From Pseudomonadota bacterium (lineage in GTDB: Bacteria; Pseudomonadota; Alphaproteobacteria; Rhizobiales; Tepidamorphaceae), in assembly GCA_039819185.1 (NCBI GenBank), contig JBCBSK010000001.1, positions 1 to 58,832 of the forward strand: a DNA stretch of 58,832 bases. The letters are read 5' to 3'. Position 1 is the stretch's first letter. Each line of letters begins with the position of its first letter. Below are positions 1 through 8,841 of the stretch, in pieces. Below the pieces are notes generated by a model that was given only the letters and a program-made list of their open reading frames with translations, was not told the origin of the DNA and searched no databases. A program made the translations under genes and the position numbers.

Positions 1-1816
1 ACCGTTTGCGCAGGATGATCGCCATCGCGTTCATCGTGATCAGAAAGCCGAGAAGGACCAGGATCGCCGCGGATGTCTTAGCGGTAAAGGCCTGTTCGGG
101 GAAATCCGCCCACATGTAAATCTGCACCGGGATGACCGTTGCAGCGGAGAGTGGTCCGGACGGAATATCAACGATGAAGGCGACCATGCCAATCATCAGA
201 AGCGGGGCTGTCTCGCCGAGCGCCGCAGCCATGCCGATAATGGTTCCAGTCAGGATACCAGGCATCGCCAGCGGCAGGACATGGTGGAATGTTGCCTGCA
301 TGCGCGACGCGCCCATACCAAGCGCTGCTTCGCGGATGGAAGGCGGAACCGCCCGGATCGCGGCACGCGAGGCGATGATAATCGTGGGCAATGTCATCAG
401 CGCGATGACCATACCCCCCACGACCGGTGCCGAGCGCGGCAAGCCGAACACGTTCAGGAACACCGACAGGCCGAGCAGGCCATAGACGATCGACGGCACC
501 GCCGCGAGATTGTTGATGTTCACCTCGATGAATTGGGTCAGCGCGTTCTTCGGCGCAAACTCCTCAAGATAAATCGCGGCAGCCACACCGATCGGGAAAG
601 ACAGGATCAAGGTAACGATCATGGTCCAGAACGATCCGACGACGGCACCCCAGATGCCGGCCAACTCGGCTTCACGGCTCGCGCCAGCGGTAAAGAACGG
701 CTCCGAGATCGTGCGCGAAACCAGGCCCTGATCTTCCAGTGCCTTCAGCCAGACGATCTCCTGATCGCTGATCTGGCGGTTCGATTCAGGCCGTTCGAGA
801 ACAAGAATGTCCCACGCGCCGGATTGCGCCGGTTCAGCGCTTTCGAGCGGCAGCATCACCGTGCCGGCAATCGTGGCATTATCGGCGCTCGTGACACGCA
901 CGAAGCCGCCATTGATCCGCACCAGGAAAGACGGAACGTTGGTATCTGCCGGCTCCTGCTCGTTGAGCGCGTCGGCCCGCTCCTCGAGCAATTCGGCCGT
1001 GCGGATGAATGACTCGCGCTGCGACGTGACGACCTCGACATTCTCCTCGATGTCGACAATCTGCTCTTCGATCAGCTGACGGTTTTCGTCCGTCGCGGTC
1101 GCAAGCCGCTCCCGAGCAACACGAAGATCGTCCTGAAGCCGGTCGAGGCTTAGTTGGCGTCCGTCCGCCTCATTGCGGCGCAGAACGGCTTGGTCGCGCA
1201 AGGCGTCTTTGATCGTCACCAGGACGTCGTCAAAGGCGTTCGAGTCCGCAAAGATCTCAATTTCACCCGAGGTGCCAGTCGGCGTCGCAATGCCGGTCGT
1301 CTCAATGACGCGCTCTCGCGTCACCATGCCCTTGAGGTAGTTGTCGGCGGTATCCGACATCAGAATGCGGCGGTCGAAGGTCTGGCCGATGAGCGAGAGA
1401 TCGTCAACGACATCGTTGCGCAGCCGGATGCCGGCAGCGCCGGTCACGATCCCGTTGAGCAAGCGGCGGTCGGCTCGCGATTCAACGCCGGGAAACTCCG
1501 CCCGCAACGAGTCCCTGATGACGGTATCAAAGTTATAGCGCCCGATGACCGCAGGATCATTCGTCCCGTCGGGATCGATCTCGGCTGTATCGAGCATCAC
1601 CGGCAGGGTCGCGTAGTGCGCGGAGAAGGCCGGAATACCCGTCCGCAGGATCGTTCCGAGCATCAGAAGCAGAAAGCCCGTGGCGATCAAGACGGCGACA
1701 ATACCATAGGCCTTGAAGCGGCGTTCGGCTCCGTAGCGGCGCGCGAGGCGGCGACGCGCCTCACTCGTCGTGTGAACCCCAGATGCGGGGGTGGCGGTTT
1801 GAGCGACGTCAGTCAT
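1..1816 (-). CDS. pstA: Phosphate ABC transporter permease PstA (long form), 3' end beyond window
   Basis: The minus-strand frame is open from the window edge to the ATG at 1816. N-terminus MTDVAQTATPASG...RRFKAYGIVAVLIATGFLLLMLGTIL; near the window edge it reads ...PVQIYMWADFPEQAFTAKTSAAILVLLGFLITMNAMAIILRKR, a typical PstA C-terminus. The ATG overlaps the pstC stop (ATGACTGA). It is absent from the ORF track because no stop codon lies in the window. Confidence 0.85.
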   Translation of the reverse strand, partial: MTDVAQTATPASGVHTTSEARRRLARRYGAERRFKAYGIVAVLIATGFLLLMLGTILRTGIPAFSAHYATLPVMLDTAEIDPDGTNDPAVIGRYNFDTVIRDSLRAEFPGVESRADRRLLNGIVTGAAGIRLRNDVVDDLSLIGQTFDRRILMSDTADNYLKGMVTRERVIETTGIATPTGTSGEIEIFADSNAFDDVLVTIKDALRDQAVLRRNEADGRQLSLDRLQDDLRVARERLATATDENRQLIEEQIVDIEENVEVVTSQRESFIRTAELLEERADALNEQEPADTNVPSFLVRINGGFVRVTSADNATIAGTVMLPLESAEPAQSGAWDILVLERPESNRQISDQEIVWLKALEDQGLVSRTISEPFFTAGASREAELAGIWGAVVGSFWTMIVTLILSFPIGVAAAIYLEEFAPKNALTQFIEVNINNLAAVPSIVYGLLGLSVFLNVFGLPRSAPVVGGMVIALMTLPTIIIASRAAIRAVPPSIREAALGMGASRMQATFHHVLPLAMPGILTGTIIGMAAALGETAPLLMIGMVAFIVDIPSGPLSAATVIPVQIYMWADFPEQAFTAKTSAAILVLLGFLITMNAMAIILRKR

Positions 1817-3209
1817 ACTGTTCCCGATACTTATGAACGATGCGCAGCGCGATCATGTTGAGGATGAGTGTGACGACGAACAACAGAAGGCCGAGCGCGA
1901 AGGCGGCAAGCGTCTTCGGACTGTCGAACTCCTGGTCGCCCACAAGAAGCGTGGCAATCTGAACCGTCACCGTCGTGACGGCATCGAGCGGGTTGATCGT
2001 GAGGTTGGCCGCAAGACCTGCCGCCATGACGACAATCATGGTTTCACCGATGGCCTTACTAAAGGCCAGGATGACCGCGCTGACGATCCCCGGCAACGCA
2101 GCAGGCAGCACGACCTTGCGGATCGTCTCCGATTTCGTGGCGCCCAATCCCATCGAACCATCGCGCAGCGACTGTGGCACCGCATTGATGACGTCGTCGG
2201 ACAGCGAGGACACGAACGGGATGATCATGATCCCCATGACGATACCGGCTGCGAGAGCGCTCTCGGATGATACGCTGAGCCCCATGCTGGACGCGGTATC
2301 ACGCACGAAGGGCGCGACCGTTAATGCGGCGAAGAAGCCGTAAACAACCGTGGGAACACCGGCGAGAATCTCAAGCAGCGGCTTGGCAACGCCACGGATC
2401 CGTGGCGATGCATAGTCCGAGAGATAGATTGCCGCGAACAAGCCGACGGGCACGGCAACGCTCAGCGCGATGGCCGTGATCAGCAAAGAACCTGCAAACA
2501 GCGGGATGGCGCCAAAGGCCCCGGAGCTCCCGACTTGGTCGGCGCGCAGAGCAAGCTGCGGGCTCCAATTCAAGCCGAACAAAAACTCCCAGATCGGCAC
2601 CTGCGCGAAGAAGCGCAGCGATTCAAAGATCAACGACAGAACGATGCCGAAGGTCGTGATAATCGCAATGACAGACGACAGGATCAGCAGCACTTTCACG
2701 AAGGTCTCGACCTTGTGGCGCGCTTTGTAGCGGAGTTGAATACGCTGCCAGCCGAATGCCAGGCCAATAGCCGCAAGAGCCGCGGCGCCCGCCATCATCA
2801 AAATACCGCTATAGTTTTGTAGCGACGTCATATAGGCGGCGGCAGCTATGCGTTCCGGGGTTTCTTGCGCTGCGATTCCGCCAAAGGCGATCGCGCGCAC
2901 ATCCCGCAGGAAGGACCCGATTTCGAGATCAGATGCGCCACCGAGATAGTCGCCAGCATGGCCGATGGCCATCGAGTCGATCACACCCGGCGCGACGACC
3001 GCCCAGATCGATGCGAACAAGAAGGCCGGAACGACGGCCAACAGCCCCAGATGCCAGCCGTGATATCCCGGCAGGGAGTGCATCCCGCGGAGATCCGCGC
3101 CAGCAACCTGAACGGCGCGTCGGGATCCGACCACATGTGCGACCACCAGGATCGCAATCAGGATGAGGATGAGAATAAGATACATGACCCCGGCCCGCAA
3201 AAACGGCAC
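1809..3209 (-). CDS. pstC: Phosphate ABC transporter permease PstC
   Basis: 466-aa multi-TM ORF with the permease EAA-like region (SKAIGETMIVVMAAG), lying between pstS and pstA. Start uncertain: GTG at 3209 or ATG at 3185 (MYLILILI...). Confidence 0.9.
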   Translation of the reverse strand: MPFLRAGVMYLILILILIAILVVAHVVGSRRAVQVAGADLRGMHSLPGYHGWHLGLLAVVPAFLFASIWAVVAPGVIDSMAIGHAGDYLGGASDLEIGSFLRDVRAIAFGGIAAQETPERIAAAAYMTSLQNYSGILMMAGAAALAAIGLAFGWQRIQLRYKARHKVETFVKVLLILSSVIAIITTFGIVLSLIFESLRFFAQVPIWEFLFGLNWSPQLALRADQVGSSGAFGAIPLFAGSLLITAIALSVAVPVGLFAAIYLSDYASPRIRGVAKPLLEILAGVPTVVYGFFAALTVAPFVRDTASSMGLSVSSESALAAGIVMGIMIIPFVSSLSDDVINAVPQSLRDGSMGLGATKSETIRKVVLPAALPGIVSAVILAFSKAIGETMIVVMAAGLAANLTINPLDAVTTVTVQIATLLVGDQEFDSPKTLAAFALGLLLFVVTLILNMIALRIVHKYREQYD

Positions 3210-3292
3210 GCGACGCGGCGACGCCAGCGCACAAAAAAGAAGAGGCTCCGCGCCTTCACGAAGAAGGCGCGGAGTTTGTCAGCCGTAGCGGA

Positions 3293-4315
3293 TTAGACGC
3301 CCGAGAGCTGCTCGAGGTCTTCGGCCGCCTGCTTCATGGCTTCGTGCTCTTCAGCCGGAAGCGGGATCAGGCCCTTGTCGAGGAGGTAGCCTTCGTCGCC
3401 GGTCGCGGCATCGGAGACGAACTCAAGGACGAATTCTTGAAGACCCGGGATGACGCCAACATGCTCGCGCTTGACGTAGAAGAACAGCGAGCGCGACACC
3501 GGATAATCACCCGTCGAGATCACCTCAAAGCCCGGAGCAACGCCATCGATCGAGGCGCCCTGAACCTTGTCGAGGTTCTCTTCAAGGAACGAGTATCCGA
3601 AGATGCCGACGGCAGCCGGATTGGCTTCAAGCTTGGCGACGATCAGGTTGTCGTTTTCGCCAGCTTCGACGAAGGCACCGTCTTCGCGGATCGAGGCGCA
3701 AGCATCGTCAACGAGACCAGCTTCTTCGGCGCCCGGGATCAGCTCGCAAGCTTCTTCCATGACGAGCTCGACGAACGCGTCGCGCGTGCCGGAGGTCGGC
3801 GGCGGGCCCAGAACTTCGATGTTTTCGGCCGGGAGCGACGGGTCAACGTCGGCCCAGGTTTCATTCGGGTTGGCAACGAGTTCACCGTTGACCGGGATCT
3901 CGGCGGCGAGCGCCAGGAAGATCTGCTCGAGCGTCAGGTCGAGCGTCGGGCCTTCCTTCGAGTTGGCAAGAACGATGCCGTCGAAGCCGACCTTGATTTC
4001 GGTGATGGTGATGCCGTTGGCGGTGCAGTCTTCAAACTCGCTCGCCTTGATACGACGCGACGCATTGGTGATGTCCGGATGGTCAACGCCAACGCCAGTG
4101 CAGAACAGCTTCAGGCCACCGCCCGAACCGGTCGACTCGACGACCGGGGCCGAAAAGCCCGAAACCTGACCGAAACGCTCGGCGACGGCGGTCGCGAACG
4201 GGAACACGGTCGAGGATCCGACAATCTGAATGGTGTCGCGCGCAGAAGCCGGCGACGCGGCAAGTGCACCGGCGACGGCGAGCGCAGCAATGCTGGCTAC
4301 GGAAGTGAATTTCAC
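3293..4315 (-). CDS. pstS: Phosphate ABC transporter substrate-binding protein PstS family
   Basis: ORF 3293..4420. Probable GTG start at 4315 preceded by GGGAGAG. Signal peptide KFTSVASIAALAVAGALAASPASA; periplasmic binding fold with a TGSGGG segment; sits directly upstream of pstC. Confidence 0.88.
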   Translation of the reverse strand: MKFTSVASIAALAVAGALAASPASARDTIQIVGSSTVFPFATAVAERFGQVSGFSAPVVESTGSGGGLKLFCTGVGVDHPDITNASRRIKASEFEDCTANGITITEIKVGFDGIVLANSKEGPTLDLTLEQIFLALAAEIPVNGELVANPNETWADVDPSLPAENIEVLGPPPTSGTRDAFVELVMEEACELIPGAEEAGLVDDACASIREDGAFVEAGENDNLIVAKLEANPAAVGIFGYSFLEENLDKVQGASIDGVAPGFEVISTGDYPVSRSLFFYVKREHVGVIPGLQEFVLEFVSDAATGDEGYLLDKGLIPLPAEEHEAMKQAAEDLEQLSGV

Positions 4316-4458
4316 GACGACTCTCCCTCTCTCTCGGAGAATTTGGTTTCGGATCGCAGTCCTGCCTGCGGCTGGACCTCGAACACGGGCCGATACGCTC
4401 AACCCGCAACAGAACACCACGATCGTCTGTGACCATACGGCGCCTGCGCGATCCTTCT

Positions 4459-4487
4459 ATGACACCAATATTACAAGTCGATGACGA
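4459..4487 (-). promoter_or_regulatory. Candidate Pho box: three 7-mers at 11-bp spacing upstream of pstS
   Basis: The minus strand reads TCGTCAT-cgac-TTGTAAT-attg-GTGTCAT. These are three direct repeats with 11-bp phasing, each 5-6/7 matches to the CTGTCAT half-site. They lie about 145-170 bp upstream of the proposed pstS start. Confidence 0.6.
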
Positions 4488-4534
4488 TAAAACTCTTTGA
4501 AATAAAAAGCTAATTTGGAATTTCCCGGCAGTTT

Positions 4535-5929
4535 CTATGAATCTAGTGCGTCTCTCGCAGCGGTCAGAACGACAATGAACTCGGCGCCGTTTCCCTGCTC
4601 CGAAGAAATCTCCAGCCGGCCTCGGTGCCGATTTAGGATGTGCTTGACAATAGCGAGCCCCAACCCGGTGCCACCCTTTTCACGGCTGGTCGCGATATCA
4701 ACCCGATAGAAGCGTTCGGTCAGCCTGGGCAAGTGCTCTGGCGCAATGCCTGGGCCAAAATCGCGCACCGAGATGCGGATATGGTCGCCAGGGCCGGGTG
4801 CCTCGGCATCAGACGCCACGTCATCCACCGTAATCCGTTCGGCTCGGATGACGATACGCTTGCCGCTATGGCCGTATTTGATAGCGTTCTCAACCAGGTT
4901 CTGAACGACTTGGGTCATCTCGTCATGATCGCCACGCACAGGAAGCGTCCCATCCGGCGCCTCGATGTTGAGCGCAACCGCGCTGTCCGCGGCGATCGGC
5001 TGCAGTGCATCTGCGACATGCCGGACAAGGGCGGCCATGTCGATCGTCGTTTCGGGCAGCACATGAGCGCGCAATTCGATCCGGCTTAACGACATGAGAT
5101 CGCTGATCAGTCGCGACATCCGCCCGCATTGCTGGGCCATGATGTCGAGGAACCGGTCGCGCGCTGCCGCGTCATTGCGGGCGGACCCTTGAAGTGTCTC
5201 GATGAAGCCGACAAGCGAGGCCAATGGCGTACGCAATTCATGGCTGGCATTGGCAACAAAGTCGGCGCGCATCCGCTCAATCCGTTGCGCCTCCGTCAGA
5301 TCCCGGAGATAGACGAGCACCCGGCGTTCGAAGCCATCGCCGACACGCCCCGGCAAAGCCGCCACATGCGCCTCAAACCAGCGGTCAATCGGCACCTTTT
5401 CGAGATAGGTCACGACGACGGGATCACCACCGGCAGCGACCGACGCCACGGCCTCGGTGACCTGGGGTGCGCGCAACACGAAACTGATCGGCTGGCCGGC
5501 GTCGACCGGCCCGATGCTCTTCTGGGCCGCGCCATTGGCGAACACGATCCGCGAGCCCTGATCGAGAATGACGCAGGGGTCGGGGATGTGACGGCTCATC
5601 TCGACCGACAAATCGGGATCTACGGGCTTAACACCGGCCTCATTGCGCGCAGCAGGCAGGAGCGGGCGAACCGTTTCAGCGCCGACCTGTGTAACCACGG
5701 CGGCGGCGAAAGCTGCAGCTCCGGCAAGCAGTGCAAACGGCCACGGCACCAAACCGGCAGCAGCGAACAGTGCTAGAAAGATCGCGATCACGATCAGCGT
5801 GGCCCTGGTCTGCGGCATCAGGCGCAGCAGCGCCAAAACACCCGCCGCGCGCGGCCCGGGGGCCGCAAGCCGCGTTCGAGACTGGGCCTCATCGGTCACT
5901 GCCGGCTCCTTGTATCGGACCGCCGCCAC
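4535..5929 (-). CDS. phoR: Phosphate regulon sensor histidine kinase PhoR
   Basis: 464 aa with N-terminal TM helices. H-box FVANASHELRTPLASLVGFIETLQG; N/G boxes VVQNLVENAIKY ... GTGLGLAIVKHIL. Adjacent to pstSCA. Confidence 0.9.
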   Translation of the reverse strand: MAAVRYKEPAVTDEAQSRTRLAAPGPRAAGVLALLRLMPQTRATLIVIAIFLALFAAAGLVPWPFALLAGAAAFAAAVVTQVGAETVRPLLPAARNEAGVKPVDPDLSVEMSRHIPDPCVILDQGSRIVFANGAAQKSIGPVDAGQPISFVLRAPQVTEAVASVAAGGDPVVVTYLEKVPIDRWFEAHVAALPGRVGDGFERRVLVYLRDLTEAQRIERMRADFVANASHELRTPLASLVGFIETLQGSARNDAAARDRFLDIMAQQCGRMSRLISDLMSLSRIELRAHVLPETTIDMAALVRHVADALQPIAADSAVALNIEAPDGTLPVRGDHDEMTQVVQNLVENAIKYGHSGKRIVIRAERITVDDVASDAEAPGPGDHIRISVRDFGPGIAPEHLPRLTERFYRVDIATSREKGGTGLGLAIVKHILNRHRGRLEISSEQGNGAEFIVVLTAARDALDS

Positions 5930-6072
5930 ATCCCCCGCCGCTCAAGATGCATTGTCTGTTTGCCGGGACGATCTCGAACTATCTAGCCGCACTGCCCCTC
6001 AAAGGCCAGCAGCGATCATCACCATGTGTCGGTTTCCTATGGGTTTGGCGAACACCTGAGGAGCGGCTGCGT

Positions 6073-6810
6073 CTAATGCCGCGCGACGTTCGGAAGGTTC
6101 TCGATCTCTCGCAGTAGCTTGCGCCGCATCGCCTCGGCGAAGTCGTCATAGTTCCGCGCCGTCATCACAAAGGCGCCGGGCCCAGTGATAACGGCTTGGC
6201 GATACCAGGCATCTAACTCAGGGTCGTCATTGAGGATCGCCAGCCCATTTATGGTGATCCCGCGCGCCTGAGCCATGGCACGCGCATGGTGGATCAGGGC
6301 GACATAGTCACGTGGCGGCGTCTCGCGGCCATCGCCCGAGACATCGACCACCTGACGCGTGCCGAGAAACCCGTTGCGATCAAACATCCGCATACCCTGG
6401 GTCAATCCGGCACCGATGCCGGTACCCCCGCTCACCCGGCGCGGGAAACCGGCTACCACTCCCGCGAAACGCTCCGCGCTAGGCGCATCGGCGATGAGCG
6501 CCCAAGGGCTCTCATCAGCGACGATTCCCGCCTCACCCCAGACAATCAGCGCAATGGCAATGCGTCCGATTGGCCCTGACTGGATCGCTGCGATGACCTC
6601 GGTGTCGGCGATCGCAGCCGCAATCCCCTGGAGCTGGAGGGCGTATTCCGACGGATCGACACTCCCCGAAGCATCGACAGCCAGTATGAGTTCCAAATCA
6701 ACGAGTGTTTGCGCTCGCGCGCTGTTCGGTCCCATAAGCGTGACGAGCAGGAAGGTCAGCGCAACAATGACATCCCTCGGCCACTTCTGTGTTATCGCGC
6801 GGCGCAACAT
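6073..6810 (-). CDS. DUF1194 (vWA-like) domain protein, secreted
   Basis: ORF 6073..6876. ATG at 6810 gives signal peptide MLRRAITQKWPRDVIVALTFLLVTLMGPNSARA and avoids overlap with the upstream gene. Contains the motif LILAVDASGSVD ... VDVSGDG ... INGLAI typical of DUF1194. Confidence 0.8.
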   Translation of the reverse strand: MLRRAITQKWPRDVIVALTFLLVTLMGPNSARAQTLVDLELILAVDASGSVDPSEYALQLQGIAAAIADTEVIAAIQSGPIGRIAIALIVWGEAGIVADESPWALIADAPSAERFAGVVAGFPRRVSGGTGIGAGLTQGMRMFDRNGFLGTRQVVDVSGDGRETPPRDYVALIHHARAMAQARGITINGLAILNDDPELDAWYRQAVITGPGAFVMTARNYDDFAEAMRRKLLREIENLPNVARH

Positions 6811-6817
6811 GCACGAT

Positions 6818-7213
6818 CTACGGGCCTTGCGGCAGGTCCGGATCGATTTTGACAAAGTCAGACTTGTCCGAGACATACCACTGTGCGGCGATCTCTAGGC
6901 CCGTCTCGCCATCGAGACAGCCGGCGAACAGGCTGATCCGGTCCTCGCCATCGGCCTTCCAGAACAGATTGCCACCGCAGCGGGAACAAAAGCCGCGTTC
7001 AGCGGTCTCCGAGGCGCGATACCAAGACAGTGTCTCGTCCGAGATGAGCTCGAACCGTTCGAGCGGGCAGCTCGTGGCCAGAACATAGGAGCCCGACGTC
7101 TTACGGCATTGCGAGCAATGGCACGCAATGATTGGCCGCAACGGGCCGGTGACGCGATAGCGCACGCCACCGCACAGGCAGGAGCCGGTCAGCGTTTGAG
7201 GGCTGTCCATCAT
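6818..7213 (-). CDS. GFA family protein (glutathione-dependent formaldehyde-activating / CENP-V fold)
   Basis: 131 aa with the Cys pattern CLCGGVRYRV ... CHCSQCRKTSG ... FCSRCG. Its start overlaps the upstream stop by ATGA. Confidence 0.85.
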   Translation of the reverse strand: MMDSPQTLTGSCLCGGVRYRVTGPLRPIIACHCSQCRKTSGSYVLATSCPLERFELISDETLSWYRASETAERGFCSRCGGNLFWKADGEDRISLFAGCLDGETGLEIAAQWYVSDKSDFVKIDPDLPQGP

Positions 7214-7455
7214 TTATCCGGCTCGGACGTAGGGCCATGCCCCAGTGCGCGCAGTTCCTCCGCCGTGGTCCTGAGACAATCGGCACAGAGACAGTCCGCA
7301 TAGGGTCCGACACCATCAGGCAGAGGCATCGGCAGGGCAAAGCCTTCATTGCGGCACCAGCAAGGCTGTCCCGTACCCGCCATGCAGGTCAGATCCGTGC
7401 CACACCGTTCGCAGGTCAAAACGCGCGGCGCGGTTTGTTTGGCCTGAGCGCTCAT
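7210..7455 (-). CDS. Cysteine-rich CWC family protein
   Basis: 81 aa: CERCGTDLTCMAGTGQPCWCRNEGF ... CLCADCL. Translationally coupled to the GFA gene. Confidence 0.75.
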   Translation of the reverse strand: MSAQAKQTAPRVLTCERCGTDLTCMAGTGQPCWCRNEGFALPMPLPDGVGPYADCLCADCLRTTAEELRALGHGPTSEPDK

Positions 7456-7464
7456 TGCGTCACC

Positions 7465-8454
7465 TCATTCCGCCGCTTGTTGCCCATGATCACGACCGTC
7501 GCGATCAATCGCTTCGCCCTCTTCCGGCGTCACGACACCCTTGGTTGCCGTGATCAGGCGATAGGCTTCCGGCTCACGGTGCTTTTCGAAGGCAAAGATC
7601 GACTCGCGATAGCTTCGGCCCATGTAGAGATCGCAAGTATAGGTAATCACCTCGTCACCTTCGGAGACACATTCCGCCACCGTCTGCCCAGACGGAGCAA
7701 TGATCTGGCTACCGCCGATTTGGTGCACCCCTTCTTCGACGCCGGCTTTGGCAACTCCGACCACCCATGTCGCATTCTGGTAGGCGCCGGCCTGCATGAC
7801 GATCTTGTTGTGATGCCAGGACAGCCGGTCATGATCGGGCGCGGGTGGGTTGTGGCTCGGCGTGTTGTAGCCGATCAGCACTAATTCAGCGCCTTGCAGA
7901 CCAAGGCAGCGATAGGTCTCCGGCCAGCGCCGGTCGTTGCAGATTGCAATGCCGATCAGCCCGCCAAAGGCACGGAACACTCGGAAGCCAAGGTCGCCCG
8001 TCTCAAAATAGCGCTTCTCAAGATGCTGGAAGTCGCGCCAAGGCTCGTGCTCGGCATGCCCAGGCAGATGGATCTTGCGATATTTTCCTACAATTTCGCC
8101 ATCGCGGGCAACCAGGATCGCAGTGTTGAAACGCCGCCTTCGCTCGCTCTCCTGAACCAGTTCGGCATAACCAAGATGAAAGCCGATCTTCAGCCGCTTC
8201 GCTTCGTCAAACAAAGGGCGCGTTACAGCACTCGGCATCTCAGTCTCATAGAAATGGTCGAGCATCGCTTCATCGGCGAGGAACCAACGCGGAAAGAAGG
8301 TCGTCAGCGCGAGTTCCGGATAGACGATCAGATCGGCACCACGCTGATGCGCCTCGCGCATCATCACGATCATCCGATCGACGACCTCAGCGCGAGACTC
8401 GGCTCGAGCGATGGGGCCCATTTGAGCGGCCGCTACGGTCAGAACGCGCGTCAT
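7465..8454 (-). CDS. N-carbamoyl-D-amino-acid hydrolase (carbon-nitrogen hydrolase family)
   Basis: Starting at ATG 8454 (MTRVLTVAAAQMGPIARAE...), it is collinear with the remembered Agrobacterium D-carbamoylase sequence: PELALTTFFPRW, YETEMP, RRFNT, GKYRKIHLPGH, FQHLEKRYFE, ICNDRRWPE, GYNTP.HNPP. Confidence 0.9.
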   Translation of the reverse strand: MTRVLTVAAAQMGPIARAESRAEVVDRMIVMMREAHQRGADLIVYPELALTTFFPRWFLADEAMLDHFYETEMPSAVTRPLFDEAKRLKIGFHLGYAELVQESERRRRFNTAILVARDGEIVGKYRKIHLPGHAEHEPWRDFQHLEKRYFETGDLGFRVFRAFGGLIGIAICNDRRWPETYRCLGLQGAELVLIGYNTPSHNPPAPDHDRLSWHHNKIVMQAGAYQNATWVVGVAKAGVEEGVHQIGGSQIIAPSGQTVAECVSEGDEVITYTCDLYMGRSYRESIFAFEKHREPEAYRLITATKGVVTPEEGEAIDRDGRDHGQQAAE

Positions 8455-8841
8455 GACGTCTCCAGGTTGTAGTATTCCAGCCCAATGGTTTTGCCGTCGA
8501 CGCGGCAATCTCCACCAACATCATGCAAGGCGCGATGCGGTCTTGTGAAGGGGCCGCTGCATGCAGCCGACGCGTGCCGGACATTCCGCCAAGTATTGCC
8601 TATAAACCACTCAAAATGACCGACAATTCGGCATCGCGCGCGTCGGATGCAGCTTTTTCGCATACCGCCCGGTGGAATCTGCATGGGTAAAACGGTTTTC
8701 TGGAGAAGACTGTTGCGGACCTCGGCCTTTTGCTGAAACATTGGTCTTGCACAGGGGGCGATCAAACACGGGCAAAGCAGCTCGGAATGAGGCGCCCTCC
8801 GGCATTGTAACCTTCGGGATGGGACCAGGGAGGTCTTCTGT

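Noticed and set aside
3344-4432. A 362-aa plus-strand ORF antisense to pstS. Similar long antisense ORFs lie at 9511..10446, 12181..13029, 20998..21861 and 33048..33788.
   Set aside because: All lie opposite confidently identified genes, have Arg-rich low-information translations and lack RBS or family motifs. I treat them as GC-driven shadow ORFs.
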